This document shows, in pieces, positions 46,682 through 59,868 of a stretch of 64,000 nt of DNA. Position 1 is the stretch's first letter. Each line of letters starts with the position of its first letter. Origin of the DNA: Guillardia theta CCMP2712 (taxonomy: Eukaryota > Protista > Cryptophyta); the NCBI RefSeq assembly GCF_000315625.1, contig NW_005434652.1:186379-250378 (forward strand), given 5' to 3'. The notes beneath the pieces were generated by a model. That model saw only the letters and a program-made list of their open reading frames with translations, ran no database searches and had not been told where the DNA came from. A program made the position numbers and the translations under genes.

Positions 46682-47182
46682 TGGCGGATTATCAGGAGAG
46701 ATCCATCGGGTTCGCAAGGATGGAACTAGACAGGACAAGTCACGGAATCGAAGGCAACAAGTGTAACGACGACAATCCTAGGACGCATCTTGATCCATTT
46801 ACAACACTGAACATGCTTGAAAGACCTCAAAGTATGTGTACTACATCACTCTGGATTCGCCTTTACACTGTCTCTCCTTCACTTCTACCTACTGCAAACA
46901 GACATCCGAAGCTTCTGTCTCTGTTGCTCACTAATTTACAACCCATCAATCCATCCTTCTCTAATCTGCGCACTGACACTATTACACAGGCTACTCTTTT
47001 CAACAAGAAACCAGAACTCTGCATGGCATCTTCCATACAAAGGGCGCTCATGCAAGAGGAAAGCAAGCACATATGCGAGTCGCGCACACTAACCCATTCC
47101 TCACTCTTAGTTCGTATCCCTACTCTCCCTGCTCCATGTATCTGATAGAGTTCCACCTGCAATGCTCGCATGTCCTGCCCGG

Positions 47183-47714
47183 CTGCCCTATCCTATCTGC
47201 TGTCCTATACTATCTGCTGCCCTGTTCCATCTGCTGTCCTATACTATCTGCTGCCCTATCCTATGTGCTGCCCTGTTCCATCTGCTGTCCTATCCTATCT
47301 GCTGCCCTGTTCCATCTGCTGCCCTGTTCCATCTGCTGTCCTATACTATCTGCTGCCCTATCCTATCTGCTGCCCTGTTCCATCTGCTGTCCTATCCTAT
47401 CTGCTGCCCTGTTCCATCTGCTGCCCTGTTCAATCTGCTGCCCTATCCTATCTGCTGCCCTATCCTATCTGCTGCCCTGTTCCATCTGCTGTCCTATCCT
47501 ATCTGCTGCCCTATCCTATCTGCTGTCCTATCCTATCTGCTGTCCTATACTATCTGCTGCCCTATCCTATCTGCTGTCCTATCCTATGTGCTGTCCTATC
47601 CTATGTGCTGTCCTATCCTATCTGCTGTCCTATCCTATCTGCTGTCCTATCCTATCTGCTGTCCTATCCTATCTGCTGCTCTATCCTATCTGCTGTCCTA
47701 TCCTATCCGCTGTC
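47183..47714. repeat. 17-bp minisatellite, about 31 units, three interspersed variants
   Basis: Units Y-CCTATCCTAT-CTGCTG, Y-CCTATACTAT-CTGCTG and C-CCTGTTCCAT-CTGCTG. Confidence 0.95.
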
Positions 47715-49342
47715 TGACCGTCTGGTCTTCTCCTCCTTGCCCTCTTCCAACTGAGTTCCTTCAACTGATTCTGCATATCCTTGCACCCCTCGTCCCCGTT
47801 CATACACAGTTTGAGTTGACCAGGCCACCCGGCGATAGCCCGGGAAGGATGGCGGGCCTGAGGCAGACTCACGCGAGGGGTCTCATCTCCCCATAGAAAA
47901 ACATGGGGTGGGTGATGTATTCAGAGGGGGTACTGGGTACGTTTTCTCCAGAATTCTCCATTTCATGGTGGGTGGTAATTCAATATTTCGCTATGGTAGG
48001 GGTGCTCTGTCAAGTCTGATTTTGAGGGTGGGGTACTTGCGCCGGCACTGTACAGGATGGGAGTTGGTATATGATAACCCCTGATGTCGGACCGTCTCAA
48101 AGTGGAAATAGAGGGGTAGGTGCGCATAAAACTTCAAGTGTAAGGTCATAATGAGGGGTATTGTATGGATATTTCCTGGGTGGTTTTCAAGAAGGCGGGG
48201 TAATCCTTTGAATAAGGGGTAGTCTTCTGGTATGGGATTGTTCTCTGGGGTTCCTATCAAGGGAAAATCGGGGGTGGGGTTCAGATCGTTGAACAACTGT
48301 TCTACCACCCCTCTCTCATTTCAACACCCCCTCTTCGTAGTACCCTACCCATGTGTAACCTCCGAATTCTGGGAAAAGAACCCCTGCCACCACCTAGGGT
48401 ACCACAATTTTTCAGACTATTGAACCCCACCTACCCCTCGTACGTGCATGGGAGGGGTGTAGCTATACTAGGGGTAGGTGGTGAAGTTCGAAGAACAATG
48501 GACGGTTGGGTATTGCAACAGGGGGTAGGGGTGGAATTCGTAGCGGGTAGGTGGTCGTTAGGAGGGGGAGATGAATAGGTATGAATGCTACAAGGTGGTG
48601 AAAGAATGTAACCCGAAGGGTGGGTACATCGGAAATTACAGGGGTGGGGGTGACAGAACAAGTACATCAGGGGGTACAGGTGGTGGAAAATGGGGGTGAT
48701 GAAATCGAGGGGGTACTGCTTCCCCAGGGTCCCTCCGCCGCCCCCATCAACAATGGTCGGAAGAAGAGTAGCAGGAGACAAATAGCGTGCAGCCCCGCAC
48801 TTCCATCCTCCTCCTCTGTGCCTGGACTTCTCGACGAAAGTACCCCTGTCTTCCTAGGGAATAGACTCTTGGCTGCCTTGCTGTTGTTGTCCAGGTTGGT
48901 TTGAACGAAAGCCGATCAGTAGTCGGCATGGAGGGGATTTGCATTTGATGATGGGAGTTCCTCCCTAGTTCAACTTCTTCTGTAGCTTTTCGAACGTGAG
49001 AGATCAAGGAGCATGCTTGGCTTCATGGACATATAGTCCGAGTTGCGGAATGCTCCCTCGAAATGGGCGTTTCTGGAATCGTGGTCAGTGTGAGGGAAAC
49101 GCAGCTGGATCCTTGATCCTTACGGACATCAACAAGGTGTTTGATCCCACTTGTGCTCATTTTCAACTCAAATGTTTCCATGCTCCGAGTCGTCGAAGAT
49201 TCCTTATGCTGATGAGCCTTGCAGGATCTACTGCGTGAGTTATGGCCGGAGGATAAGGTGATAGCTGGGCGGCGGGTCTGCAGGTAGCAATTGTATTGTG
49301 CTGTGCTTCATGCGATCCCCACCTGGTTTGACGTGGCGATCA

Positions 49343-51131
49343 GATTTTTGAGGAGGGAGCTTCTGAAAGTGAAGAGTCTAGTCATCCGAGCCTCCACGTT
49401 GCCATCGCACTCCAGCTCGTGGAGCATACTCCCAAAGGTCTGTGGAAGGATGAGCATGATGCGGTGGGCATTGACGAGGCCTTGTCAGTATGAGGGATCG
49501 ATAGAGTTCTATGGCATGCGACTTGGCGGCATCGTCGACAGCCTCATTGTCCCTGCAGTCATCGAAGGTTGGAAAGGGCCGAGTGTTTTGAACTTGGTGG
49601 ACAGTCATATCAAGGTGAAGTAAGCAACGACGATGATGTTGAGATGACTGGAATTTGCAGCGTGAGGGAGCAGAGAGCTTGTCTCAAGCGCTAGCTCGCT
49701 GCGGGGGGACGATCAAGAGGCTCGAGCTTGATGGGAACTACGTTGGAAGGATGGGGATCAGCCGACTCTCCGTGGCACTCACTCACTGCAGGAACCTTAC
49801 GTTCCTCAGCTTGGGAAGAAACCTGATTGGGGACAAGGGGATAGGACATCTCGTCTCTTCCCTTCTCTTCTGCCCGCTGCAGCATCTCGACTTGAGCATC
49901 AACTACATCGGAGCAGAGGGTGCAGCGAAGCTGGCAAGTGTTCTCCCGCATCTCTCCATGCTGGAAGTCCTGATCCTCTTCGGGAACCCGCTCAAGGATG
50001 AAGGAGTAGAGAAGATCTCCAAAGTGCTTCTGCAGTGCTTCCTCTTGCAGAGACTGGACCTGAGCGTCAACGGGATCGGGGCGGAGGGAGCAGGAAGGCT
50101 TGCCCTTGCCCTCCCCTCCTGCACCAGGTTGAGAAGCCTCAACCTGAGGGGAAATGCCTTGGGAGACTTGGGAGTGAAGCTTCTGTCCTGGGCGACGCCG
50201 CAGTGTCTCGCGATGACTGAGCTCGACTTGAGCAGGAACAGCATCACGGCTGACGGCGCCTCGTCTCTCTGCAGGAAACTGGTGCCTGACGTCATTGTGA
50301 ATCTCGACCTGGCTGGCAACTTTTTGGGGGAGGAGGGAGCGATGGCCCTGGCCCTGAGCTTGAAGAGCTGCACCAGTCTATCGAGATTGGAACTGAGCAG
50401 GTAAAGGGATGGATAGATCCGTAAGAGTAGGTGCTTTCAGAAGATCAAGCATGTTAGCTGGAGCAGTGCCGATGTGGGCAAGGAGGGACTTCAGAGGAGG
50501 AGCAGGATGATGATGACGACGACGATGAGGAGGAGAAGTTGGCATAGGTGGCGGTGGTGATGGTGGCGGTGGTGGTGGAGGAGGAGGTGGTGGTGGAGGA
50601 GGAGGGGGTGGTGGTTTTGGTAGCGGTGGAGGAAGATTTTCAGAGGATCATGGCACAATGTCATAATATGTACTTCGGCAGATGCCGGCTAGGATGTCAA
50701 GGGATCAAGCGGCTCATCCCTCTCAGACACAACCAGAGTCTCTCTCATCTCGGTCTGGGCCTGAACGATATCGGAGACTCGGGGGTAGAAGCGCTGCTGC
50801 CCTGCTTGTCGGACATGCACTGTTTGAAGTGGTAGATAATGATCCTCCCTCATTCCGTTCTGCTCCATCCCCATCCCCAGCCTCAGCTCTCCCTATCTCC
50901 TTCCAACACCACCTCCCTTGCCTCCTCTCCCTCCTCCTCTCCCTCCTCCTCTCCCTTCTCCTCCTCCCCAACTCGCACGTTTGTGTTTTCGTCCGGGCTG
51001 ATTTCTTGGCAGGTTGGACTTGTGCGGCAACGGAATTACCGACCAGGGAGCTTCACTTCTGTGCTCTCAGTTCACCTCCTTGCTGTCGCTGGAAACGTTG
51101 AATCTCGGTGGAAACAATTTCTCCCTGGCAG
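49343..51131 (+). CDS. Ribonuclease-inhibitor-like (NLRC3-like) leucine-rich repeat protein (partial; extends on both sides)
   Basis: About 28-aa repeats LxxLxLxxNxIGxxGxxxLxxxL throughout exon 49661-50400 and in exons at 50682 and 51013. Confidence 0.85.
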
Positions 51132-51766
51132 GTAGTGAACGGGAGGAAACGCTGGAGTTTGTTGATGAGTACTGCCAGGAGTCGACAAGCTGCGGAAGGC
51201 GGCGAAGGAAGCAAGGTGATAGAACTAGCTGTGATTCTTTTCTGTTGTTTGCTGACCTGCAAGCTCTTCTCCGTGTGTGTTGACTGAGCTTTCTTGTCCC
51301 TCCTGCAGATCTCTCCGCACTCTTATCATCGGGAGTGAAGGAAATTGGGATGAAGGCTCAGGTGATTTTACGGCCCTTCACCATGACTACTCCTTTACTT
51401 TCACCCTTTCCATGCTGCTCCTCGTCCTGTGTCTTTCTTTCTCTCTGCTTGATTCTCATGCTCCTCTCTGACGTGCTTGGAAGGTCTCCTATCCGTCGCT
51501 CTTCCTTGCGGCATCTTGCGATGGTGACGCCAACCCCCTTCCGTCCTTCACATTTTCTACAGAGCAACTTGTGTATACTAAAAGACTTGTTAATGAATCA
51601 ACACCATAACCCTCAGTGCATTTGAGAGATGTGTCCCCGCATTGTTCGCTCCACGTCTACACTTGTCAAGGACAAGTGGTGGTCAAAGTTTCCAACACAT
51701 CGTATTATTGAATCCATCAACAAGCAAAACGAATAACTATATGTACAGGCTCTTTCCGTTAGTCCT

Positions 51767-53642
51767 CTAGTTGTCAATATCCATGGCGTCAAGAGCCGCA
51801 GCTACTTCAAGAGTTTCATGACATGGCATAGTTTGTCCTTCCACGTGCTCATGAACGTACTGATTCCAGCTCTGATCGTTCATCCTTTGAAACCTGACAG
51901 AAAACAATCCTTTCCAAACAAGAAGCATATCGCCGCTGTTATCATCCAAAACTACAACCATCCCCTACGAAAGAGTCAGTTTCGAGCCAACTTATAAAAA
52001 CGCCTTCCAAGATACAACGCATCATGATCCAAAATCACTGGGCAACATCAAGATGGCATCGTCTCTCACCGAGTTCCATGTCGGGTTAACAAAACCATGC
52101 TCCGCAACCAACGCCAGACCATCGTACACAGCCTTCACGGGGATGGCATCGTCTCTGCTTCCTCTGCATGATCTCGGACAGTCGCAGTGGAAGTTGCAGG
52201 TGCAGTGATACATCTTCTTCAATCCGTTGGGCATGCCAGGAACGGGAAGCATTCCAGGATCTGAGGCATCTGAAACTAGAGGAGCATCGCAGTTGAGCGG
52301 GGCTCGGAAGGTTAGCTCGCCAGAGGGAACGTTAGGATCTCCTGTGCATTTCAGACCGACCAGCTCGGTGAATCTTGACGAGATCAAGTTGCAGACACTG
52401 ACACAGATCAGCTCAGTGCCGTGAGGGCCGTATGCTCCTCTCCAGAGTCCTTGAAGCTCTCTCGGATCGAACTCCGAAGGATCCTTGATCGCAGGTCGAG
52501 GGACTGCGGATTGATTCTTGCAGAGCATCAAAGCACCGGTGGAATATGATGGAGAGGAGTAGTGATCCTGCATGTATCCTGTTCGCCGGCGAATGTCTCT
52601 CGTCCGCTTGGGGGCCGCAGGGATCTCTTGTCTCAACGGGCTGCTCTCATGGCAAAGGTAAGAGTGTTTCATGTCCCCACGGCCAACAAGCTTGCAGAAC
52701 AGAGATCCGCTGCTTCCACGAGTAAAGATGTTGACTCTGGCTTGTATATCCAAGTTTGATGATCCAGTGAAACCAAAGAAGTCCTTTGCTGCAAGAGTGT
52801 TGCCGCATGTAACCAGCACCAGACCTGAAGCCTCTACAGCCATCGTGAAAGGAGTGATCATATCAAACTTGCGGATGGGTTGAACTTCCATGGGATCGTG
52901 TCCGTTTAAGTGCGGAATCATCAATGATGCCACAATGTCTGTTTCGCGAATCTCGACCCTCAACATCCCTCCTCGCGGCTTGTTGTCTAACACCCAGTAT
53001 CCATGAAGCCAGCCGACCTGGGACAAGAGCCGGAATACCCGTTTGTTGCTTCCAAGATTGCGAAACCATGTCGCAACAAGTTTTTCATTCAGCTGCCATG
53101 GCAGCTCGCGAATCTTCTGTTGCCAGAGCATGTCATCGTCCGCAAGGGTAAGGAGCCTCCTGTTCACTGTCGACACTGTCCGCAGCAAGAACTTAGGAGG
53201 CATGTTCTCCATAATCCTTAGAAGGATCTCATCATCCAGATCGAACAAGGGAAGCGGTTGAAACCCCGGGACTCCCTGCGAGACAAAACCATCACATCCT
53301 CGTTTCACTATGAACCTTGCTACTTCACCTGGGTTCGCAAATAACGCAGCACAGCCCAAGACATGATTGGCTTTTCAGTTCAGGCAGTTGAATGCTCTCA
53401 GTGAGGAAACCCTTTTGTAGAAGAAGTTTGCTCAGATAAATGTAACCTGCAAGAAATTCATTCAGCAAAAGAGGATGACAAGAGCTGAAGAGGCATCAAA
53501 CGAAGCTTTGAAACAAAACAAGCTTTGCAACAAACGAAGCATCGATTGTGCCAAGAACCAAATGGATTCATGGTTAAACCATCAACATTGAAAGAAGCAA
53601 GTAGATCATGGGGAAGGGGGCCGAGGGAACATGCTTGTTTCA
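51767..53642 (-). CDS. F-box protein with cyclin-D1-binding/DUF3506-type C-terminal domain (FBXO31-like)
   Basis: F-box LFDLDDEILLRIMENMP...VSTVNRRLLTLADDDMLW. C-terminal GLWRGAYGPHGTEL...GLKCTGDPNVPSGE.TF. The start is uncertain. Confidence 0.8.
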
Positions 53643-55185
53643 TATCGATCAGCCTAGCCGAGAAAATTGGATTTAGTCCATTTCTATAATTTTCCAACAT
53701 TTGCGCAGACACATTGCTACTGTACATTTCATTCCTCAATTCAGCACTCTGTACATTGTTGACAGTTTCCTATCATCTACGTCCGTCCTCCGTCCTCCTC
53801 CTCCTCTCCTCCTCTCCATGCGCTGCCTGTGCCTCCCCTTTGTCAGCTGCCATCTCGTGCCCCTCAACCGCGGACTACCCCTAAACCGCCTGGCTGCTGA
53901 CCTGCTTTACCCCTACCCCGATTTTCATGCACCCCACCCCTTTCAACCTCAACGATTTGCGGGGCAGTAAAGCAAGTGACTGTTCAGGGGGGTGGGGTCC
54001 GTTAGGGGATTTAGGCCTTAGAAAGTAATAAACCCAATTGTGAGTGACTGGTACAAAAAGTCAAATTGATTGGTATAAGAAGTCAAATTCATATATAGAA
54101 ACTACGTACAAATTGTAAAAGTATATTCTTCTTATGTGTACCGTGTTGCGTACTGCTGATACCTCAGGAGCTAATAATTGGAGAAGGTCATTTCGATGGG
54201 GGGTAAGGGTAGGTGAGAGGCTGTCGAGGGATGGAAGAATAGGGGTACTCAAAGGACAAGGTTCAACGAAATGGGGGGTAGGGTAAGTTAATGAGGATAA
54301 CCCCTACCCCCACTCACCCTCTTCGATCTTTTGACCAACCCATGATAAAAAAAAACAGACAAGAGGACAATTGTGCTGGATACGAAAAAATTCCATTTCG
54401 AGTGAGAAGCCCTTTCGTGATTAAAAGCATTCCGAAAAAGCTCAATTTCAAAAAAGATTCTTTATCCCTACATAGCAAAAGGTCGTCATTTCGAAAATGT
54501 AGTAAATCAGAGCAAACGTTGGACGTCACGCAGTCGAAGAGCTTAACTGTATTGAACGTTTTCTTATGATCTCTCATAGAAAATGTTTGACCTTTCACCC
54601 ACCCTCACTTGACCGTGACCGCCCTCGGGCAGCCCTTCCGTCCTGTTCATTCTTATATATATTTTAAAATGATGACCGCCCCTGGTCGCTGTTTCCGGTA
54701 ACTAACCAACATAAATGCATTAAACCTCCTCCAGTCATCGCTCTCCGACTGCCCGGGGCTCGGGGCCCGGGTCCGGGGCCCGGGTCCACTCACTGACACA
54801 GTCGGTCGTACGGGTCCGCCCCGGGCGGCCATTGATGAGCCCGACTGAATGAGGCGTGTAAAGGATATGAGAGGGTCGAGGTGGAGAAGGGAAAGTAGAA
54901 GAGAACGATGAGCAAAGACAAGAATGTTGAGGGAAGAAACAGAGAGGTAGACACCCACGAGTCAAGAGATCTTGTTCTTGGAGTATGAGGAGAGATGAAT
55001 CTTTCATGATGTTGGTGATAGGTAACATCTACTCCAAGTTTCCTGCGCATGAAGGTTTTGATTGATGTGGCATGCGTCACGTGTACACAGTGAATGAGTG
55101 TTGATATTTCCTTGGAGCCTCTTTAGCTCTTCATGTTGATTCTTCAAAGCTCGTGCTAATGAGAGGACAACTTTTTGCAGGACTG

Positions 55186-57771
55186 ATGGAGTTTGCAAAA
55201 CCTGTTCCCTACCAACCTCCACCATGGGCAAAGTCAGCTCTATGTTCAGGTCTATCGTGCTTGACAGTCTTACAGGAATCTTTCATCAATCCCATCCCAC
55301 TTCGTTCCCATGGCATCCCTTCCTACCGGCATTGAACCGTGGAGGATACCAGTTCCCGACGGTATCAACTTGTGGATCAAACGAGACGATAAGAGCGGCA
55401 TGGGGCTGAGCGGGTAAGCGTAAGCTCAATCGTATAATGCTGCTGCTGATCAGGATCATGATGAGGACGAGGATGGTGGGTGGTGGTGGTGGTGATGGTG
55501 GTGGTGAAGATGGTGGTGGTGATGATGAAGATGAAGGTGAAGGTGATTATCATGATGATGGTAGCGGCGGTGCCAGTGGTGATGGTGGGTAGTGATAGAG
55601 GGGACTGCTCTTGATATTCGCCGTGTGCTTAGTAGAGGCCCTTGTCAGCAACAGTGGGAGGAGGATGCCAAAGAGTAGGGCTAGAAGGGACGCTGCTTGG
55701 GTATGAATGCATCAACCGGATATCATCTCGAGTCGATCATGACAGCGAATGGAGCTTGCTGTTGTCATTAAAAATTAAGAGACTTGTGCAGGAACAAAGT
55801 GAGAAAGCTCGAGTTTCTCATGGCAGAGGCTCTTGCTCGCGGATGTGATTGCGTTGTCACCATTGGAGGTGTCCAGTCGAATCATTGCAGAGCAACTGCT
55901 GTTGCAGCGAAGAAGCTGGTAACATGAATGTGCGACATGTTGTTTCGACATCATGCTGATATTTCTGCAAAGATAAGATCTTCTTCGTTCTTTTTCCACT
56001 ACCCTTTGTCCTGTCTCTCTGTCTCTCTGTCTCTCTGTCTGTTTGCTTGTCTTGATTTTCATTTCTCGCTATCTTCATTGACTCGAAACTACAGGGATTA
56101 GAAAGCTATCTCATATTGCGGCAAACTGATGCTGAACTGCAACAAAAAATCGATCCTGGTAAATGCCTTCGTATTCCCAGCAAATCGTTCACATTCCAGC
56201 CAGGGTTGACCGGCAATCTGATGATTTCAAGGATGGTTGGAGCCAATCTTGTAATGGTATCAAAGTCAGAATATGCCAGGTAGTCCATTCGTTGAGACTG
56301 TGTTGCATGTCTACTTCCATGACAATGATTTGATACAACTTGGCAGGTTCGGTCAGAAAGTGCTTCTCAACAACCTGATAGAGCAACTGGAGCAGGAGGG
56401 GAAAAAGCCATATGGTAAGAAGATTCTGAAGCATTCAACTAACAATGCCTGAGCGGTTGTTCTTACTTTTGATTATTTCTCCTCATCATTTTCTCGCTCT
56501 CTTTTCCTCTCTCCCCCTCTATTCTTCCTCGCTCATCCTTTGTGCTATTCTTTCCCGTCTGATTTCTCTATCGCTCGTTGTATCAGGTATTGCTGTTGGT
56601 GGTTCTGTACCCCTCGGAGCGTGGGGTTACATCAAGTTTGTTCAGGAGCTACAGGAGCAGGTCATTTGCGATCTTCTCTGACGTCTCTTTCTCCTCCTCC
56701 TCCTCCTCCTCCTCATTCTCCCTTTGCTTTTTGCTGGCATACTCTCCTTGTCACCTTGCTGGCCTACTCCCGTTCCTCTATTCCGGTCCCTGTTTCCTGA
56801 TGGAGCCGCAGATGCAAGCGATGAAGATGAATTTCTCTGATATCGTCGTAGCTTGCGGTTTCCTCCTCGTTCTCATCCCCCCTCTCTCTCCCCAACCTCC
56901 ACACGCTCCCTCCTCCCTCTCTCCCCTCCCCTCTCCTCCCCTCCTCTCTCCTTCCCTCCTCTGCTCCCTCCACCTTCCCCTCCCTCCTCTTTCCTCTTTG
57001 CCCTCTCTCCTCTCTGGCTCTTTCTCCTCACTCCCCTCTCCTCTTCCTTCTTCCCATCATTCAACCCCCGCCTCGCCTCCTCCTCTTACTGAGTATGAAA
57101 CTGAGGCACAGTGAGCAGGCAGCGGAGGAACTGCGGCTGGACTTGCGATCGGTGTTTTCCTTGCCGGACTAAAGATCCGGTGAAGATATCGAGGCAGAGG
57201 AGAAGAAAAGAAAGAGGGGGAGGGAAGGGAGGACCCGTGAGGAGGAAGAGTGTAGAGGGAAGTAAGAGGTAGGAGGAGGTGATGGGAAGATGGAGGGGTA
57301 AGAGCTAGGGGAAGACGGTGGGAGGATGGAGGGGTCATGACCAAGTACCAGGGTGCACGCGATTCTCGTTTGCGACGACAAGGTCAGTATCCTCCTCCCA
57401 CCTCGTCGCTCCTCCTACATCTTTCAACATTCTTCCCTCCCCTCACTTCCTCCTTCACTTCTACTTGTTCTCACTTCCTTTGCCTACTCAATTTCCCTTC
57501 CTGCTCCTGCCTACAGAATTACTTCAGGTGACTACTTTGCTCCTCACCCTTCCCCTTTCCCTTCCCCTTTTCCTCGCCTCCCCTCTAGCCGTAGTTCCCT
57601 CCTCCAATTTTCTTCTCCTAATCCTTTTCTTAGGCAACACATCCAAGACACGATCGATGCGCTCGGTGTACAAGCAAGTGCAGATGAGGTAGGGAGAGGG
57701 GATGGGGAGAGAAAGATGGTTGCAGAAGGACAGCAGACAAGGATGACATTGTAGAGGAAAAGGCGGTGGAA

Positions 57772-57808
<37 letters not shown>

Positions 57809-58390
57809 GGGCAGGAGCAGGAGCAGGGGGCAGGAGCAGGAGCAGGAGGAGGAGCAGGAGCAGGAGAGAAATGCAGCTTGACATCATCATCAGATTGTGG
57901 TGCTCCACGACGAGTACCGAGGGAAAGCGTACGCGCTGAGCAGAGGAAGAGAAAGTGAACAGAGGATGGGAAGGATGGGGGGGGGGGGNNNNNNNNNNNN
58001 NNNNNNNNNNNNNNNNNNNNNNNNNNNNNNNNNNNNNNNNNNNNNNNNNNNNNNNNNNNNNNNNNNNNNNNNNNNNNNNNNNNNNNNNCCTTTTCATCCT
58101 CCTCCTTCTCCTCCTTGTTCTCCTCGCCCTCTGATTTTGCACTGGCCATCTTTCAGTGGTAAGGCACTTTGCGGCCTCCACGGTCTCATGCGCACTCCTG
58201 AGCTGCTGCTGGGCAAGGATGTTCTCTTCCTGCATACCGGGGGCATGTGAGTCGTTTTGGGGGGAGAGTTTGACAGCTGGGAGAGTTTGACAAGCAGTTG
58301 TCAAGGTTCGGCATCTTTGACAAGGAGGAGCAGTTGCTCCCGCTGCTGGGCGGGAAAATCAGCCGACTCCAGCTGAAGTCCAGCCTGTGA
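55186..58390 (+). CDS. D-cysteine desulfhydrase / ACC deaminase family PLP enzyme
   Basis: Exons give [64 protein letters not shown] and VLFLHTGG. An assembly gap interrupts the 3' part. Confidence 0.9.
57989..58088. other. Assembly gap (100 N)
   Basis: Run of N flanked by G-rich and CT-rich low-complexity sequence. Confidence 0.98.
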
Positions 58391-58599
58391 TAATCTGACA
58401 ACACACCAGGAAGAGTTGGTGTGAGAGGTTGTATCCCCTTGTTCACCGCTTCTCCTCCTGTTTGATATGTTTGATATCATGATCATATTCATTACTTTGC
58501 ACACTGTTAACAAGCCTTGAATCTCCTCTTCTCAAATCTCGCTATCTTAACACTTAAACTTATCACTTATCATTTAACCATTCATCCTAGTTATTCTAC

Positions 58600-59868
58600 C
58601 ACACAAGCCATACCCAGCTTTCCTTCTTCATCTCATTTGACATGGTCGTCGCATCTGATTTTCCAAGTTCATTACAAGTTGAACATCTTGGTGTACTTGG
58701 GAAGATATTGTCGCAGAACAGAGGAACTTGGTTTCTCCTGCATAAAAAGTGAGTAGACGAAGCATCTTGGACGATTAAAGAGGAGCAAAGAGGTTTGAGG
58801 AGGATGAAGTGCATGAGAGAAACAGAAACAGAGACAGAGATAGAGAGGAGGAGGGCAGTGGATGAACACAAGGATGAAAACGAAAGGAAAGGGGATCAAG
58901 AATGTAGGAGAGTATGATGATGGATGTTACAGCTGTGATATCTGTTAGTCTCCTTGCACTTCTTCCTTCTCTCCTATTCGTGTCTCGAGCATTCACGACA
59001 TTCAGGAGCATGTTCTGTTCCCATGAGTCAATTCCCCTCTCCTCCTCTCCATCCTCCTGTTCGCTTTCATTCCCAACGTGTTCCCCCCTCCTCCCTCCTT
59101 GTCTCCTCCTCATCCTCGTCCTCCTCGTTCGCCTCTCCCTCGTCCTCGTCGTCCTGCTCATCCTGATCTCCTCGTCCTCACCTGACACACTTGGTTCCAT
59201 TCTTCTGCGCTCGCCGCTTGCAGCCTTGTGCTGGAACTCGTGAACGCCCTCGATCCTCCTCCACCAGCACCAGCACCAGCACCAGCACCCGCACTTCCTC
59301 CTCCACTTCTTGTCGGTGCTCCAGGTTGCAAGTCTCCTGAACTCCTGGAGCTAGCCCCTGCGCGTATGGAGAGCATGGCACTCCTCCGGTTCCAGAACGG
59401 CTCCTCCATGGAAAGTCTCCCAGCAAGCAAATCGATGCTCTCGTTACGAGCCGCGCTCAAGTCAGGGAAACTCTTTCGCTGCGCGCGAGAGGAGGAAGAG
59501 GAGAGGAGGGAAGGCTTACGATAGAGTTTCGGTTTGTCTTCTCCTCCTCGTTCTCTCCCTTCTCCTTCTCCTTCTCCTGCCCCACCCTCCTCCCAGAGAG
59601 ATCCTGCGGGAGTAAATGCAAGGGAGGATCGGAGACTGACTAGCTGTGACTGAGCCCGTTTCCTCGTCTGTCGTTCCCTCCTAATCATCCCGACGATGTC
59701 TGCGCTCCTCAGCCTCCGCCCCTTGAGTTCTTCCGAAGCGCTGAAGGATCGACTGGCGTCTACCATCCCTTCCTCCTCCTGAACTGAAACGAGCTGATGC
59801 CTATTTGTTGTTCCAACTATTCCTCCACTCCCTCCATCGCTTCCTGCATTAGACAAGTCACTGCCATG
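58600..59868 (-). CDS. Hypothetical low-complexity protein (multi-exon, boundaries uncertain)
   Basis: 232-aa open frame at 59158-59856, Ser/Arg/Gly-rich. No domain recognised. Confidence 0.35.

Noticed and set aside
47183-47714. CRISPR-like array
   Set aside because: Contiguous units with only three recurring variants, no unique spacers, no cas genes and a eukaryotic context.
47073-47896. Three overlapping Cys-rich ORFs of 194-244 aa
   Set aside because: They are by-products of a stop-free 17-bp minisatellite, with no independent coding evidence.
52052-52156. 15-bp direct repeat GATGGCATCGTCTCT (exon and adjacent intron)
   Set aside because: Too short, with no element features between the copies. 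Probably a local micro-duplication or chance.
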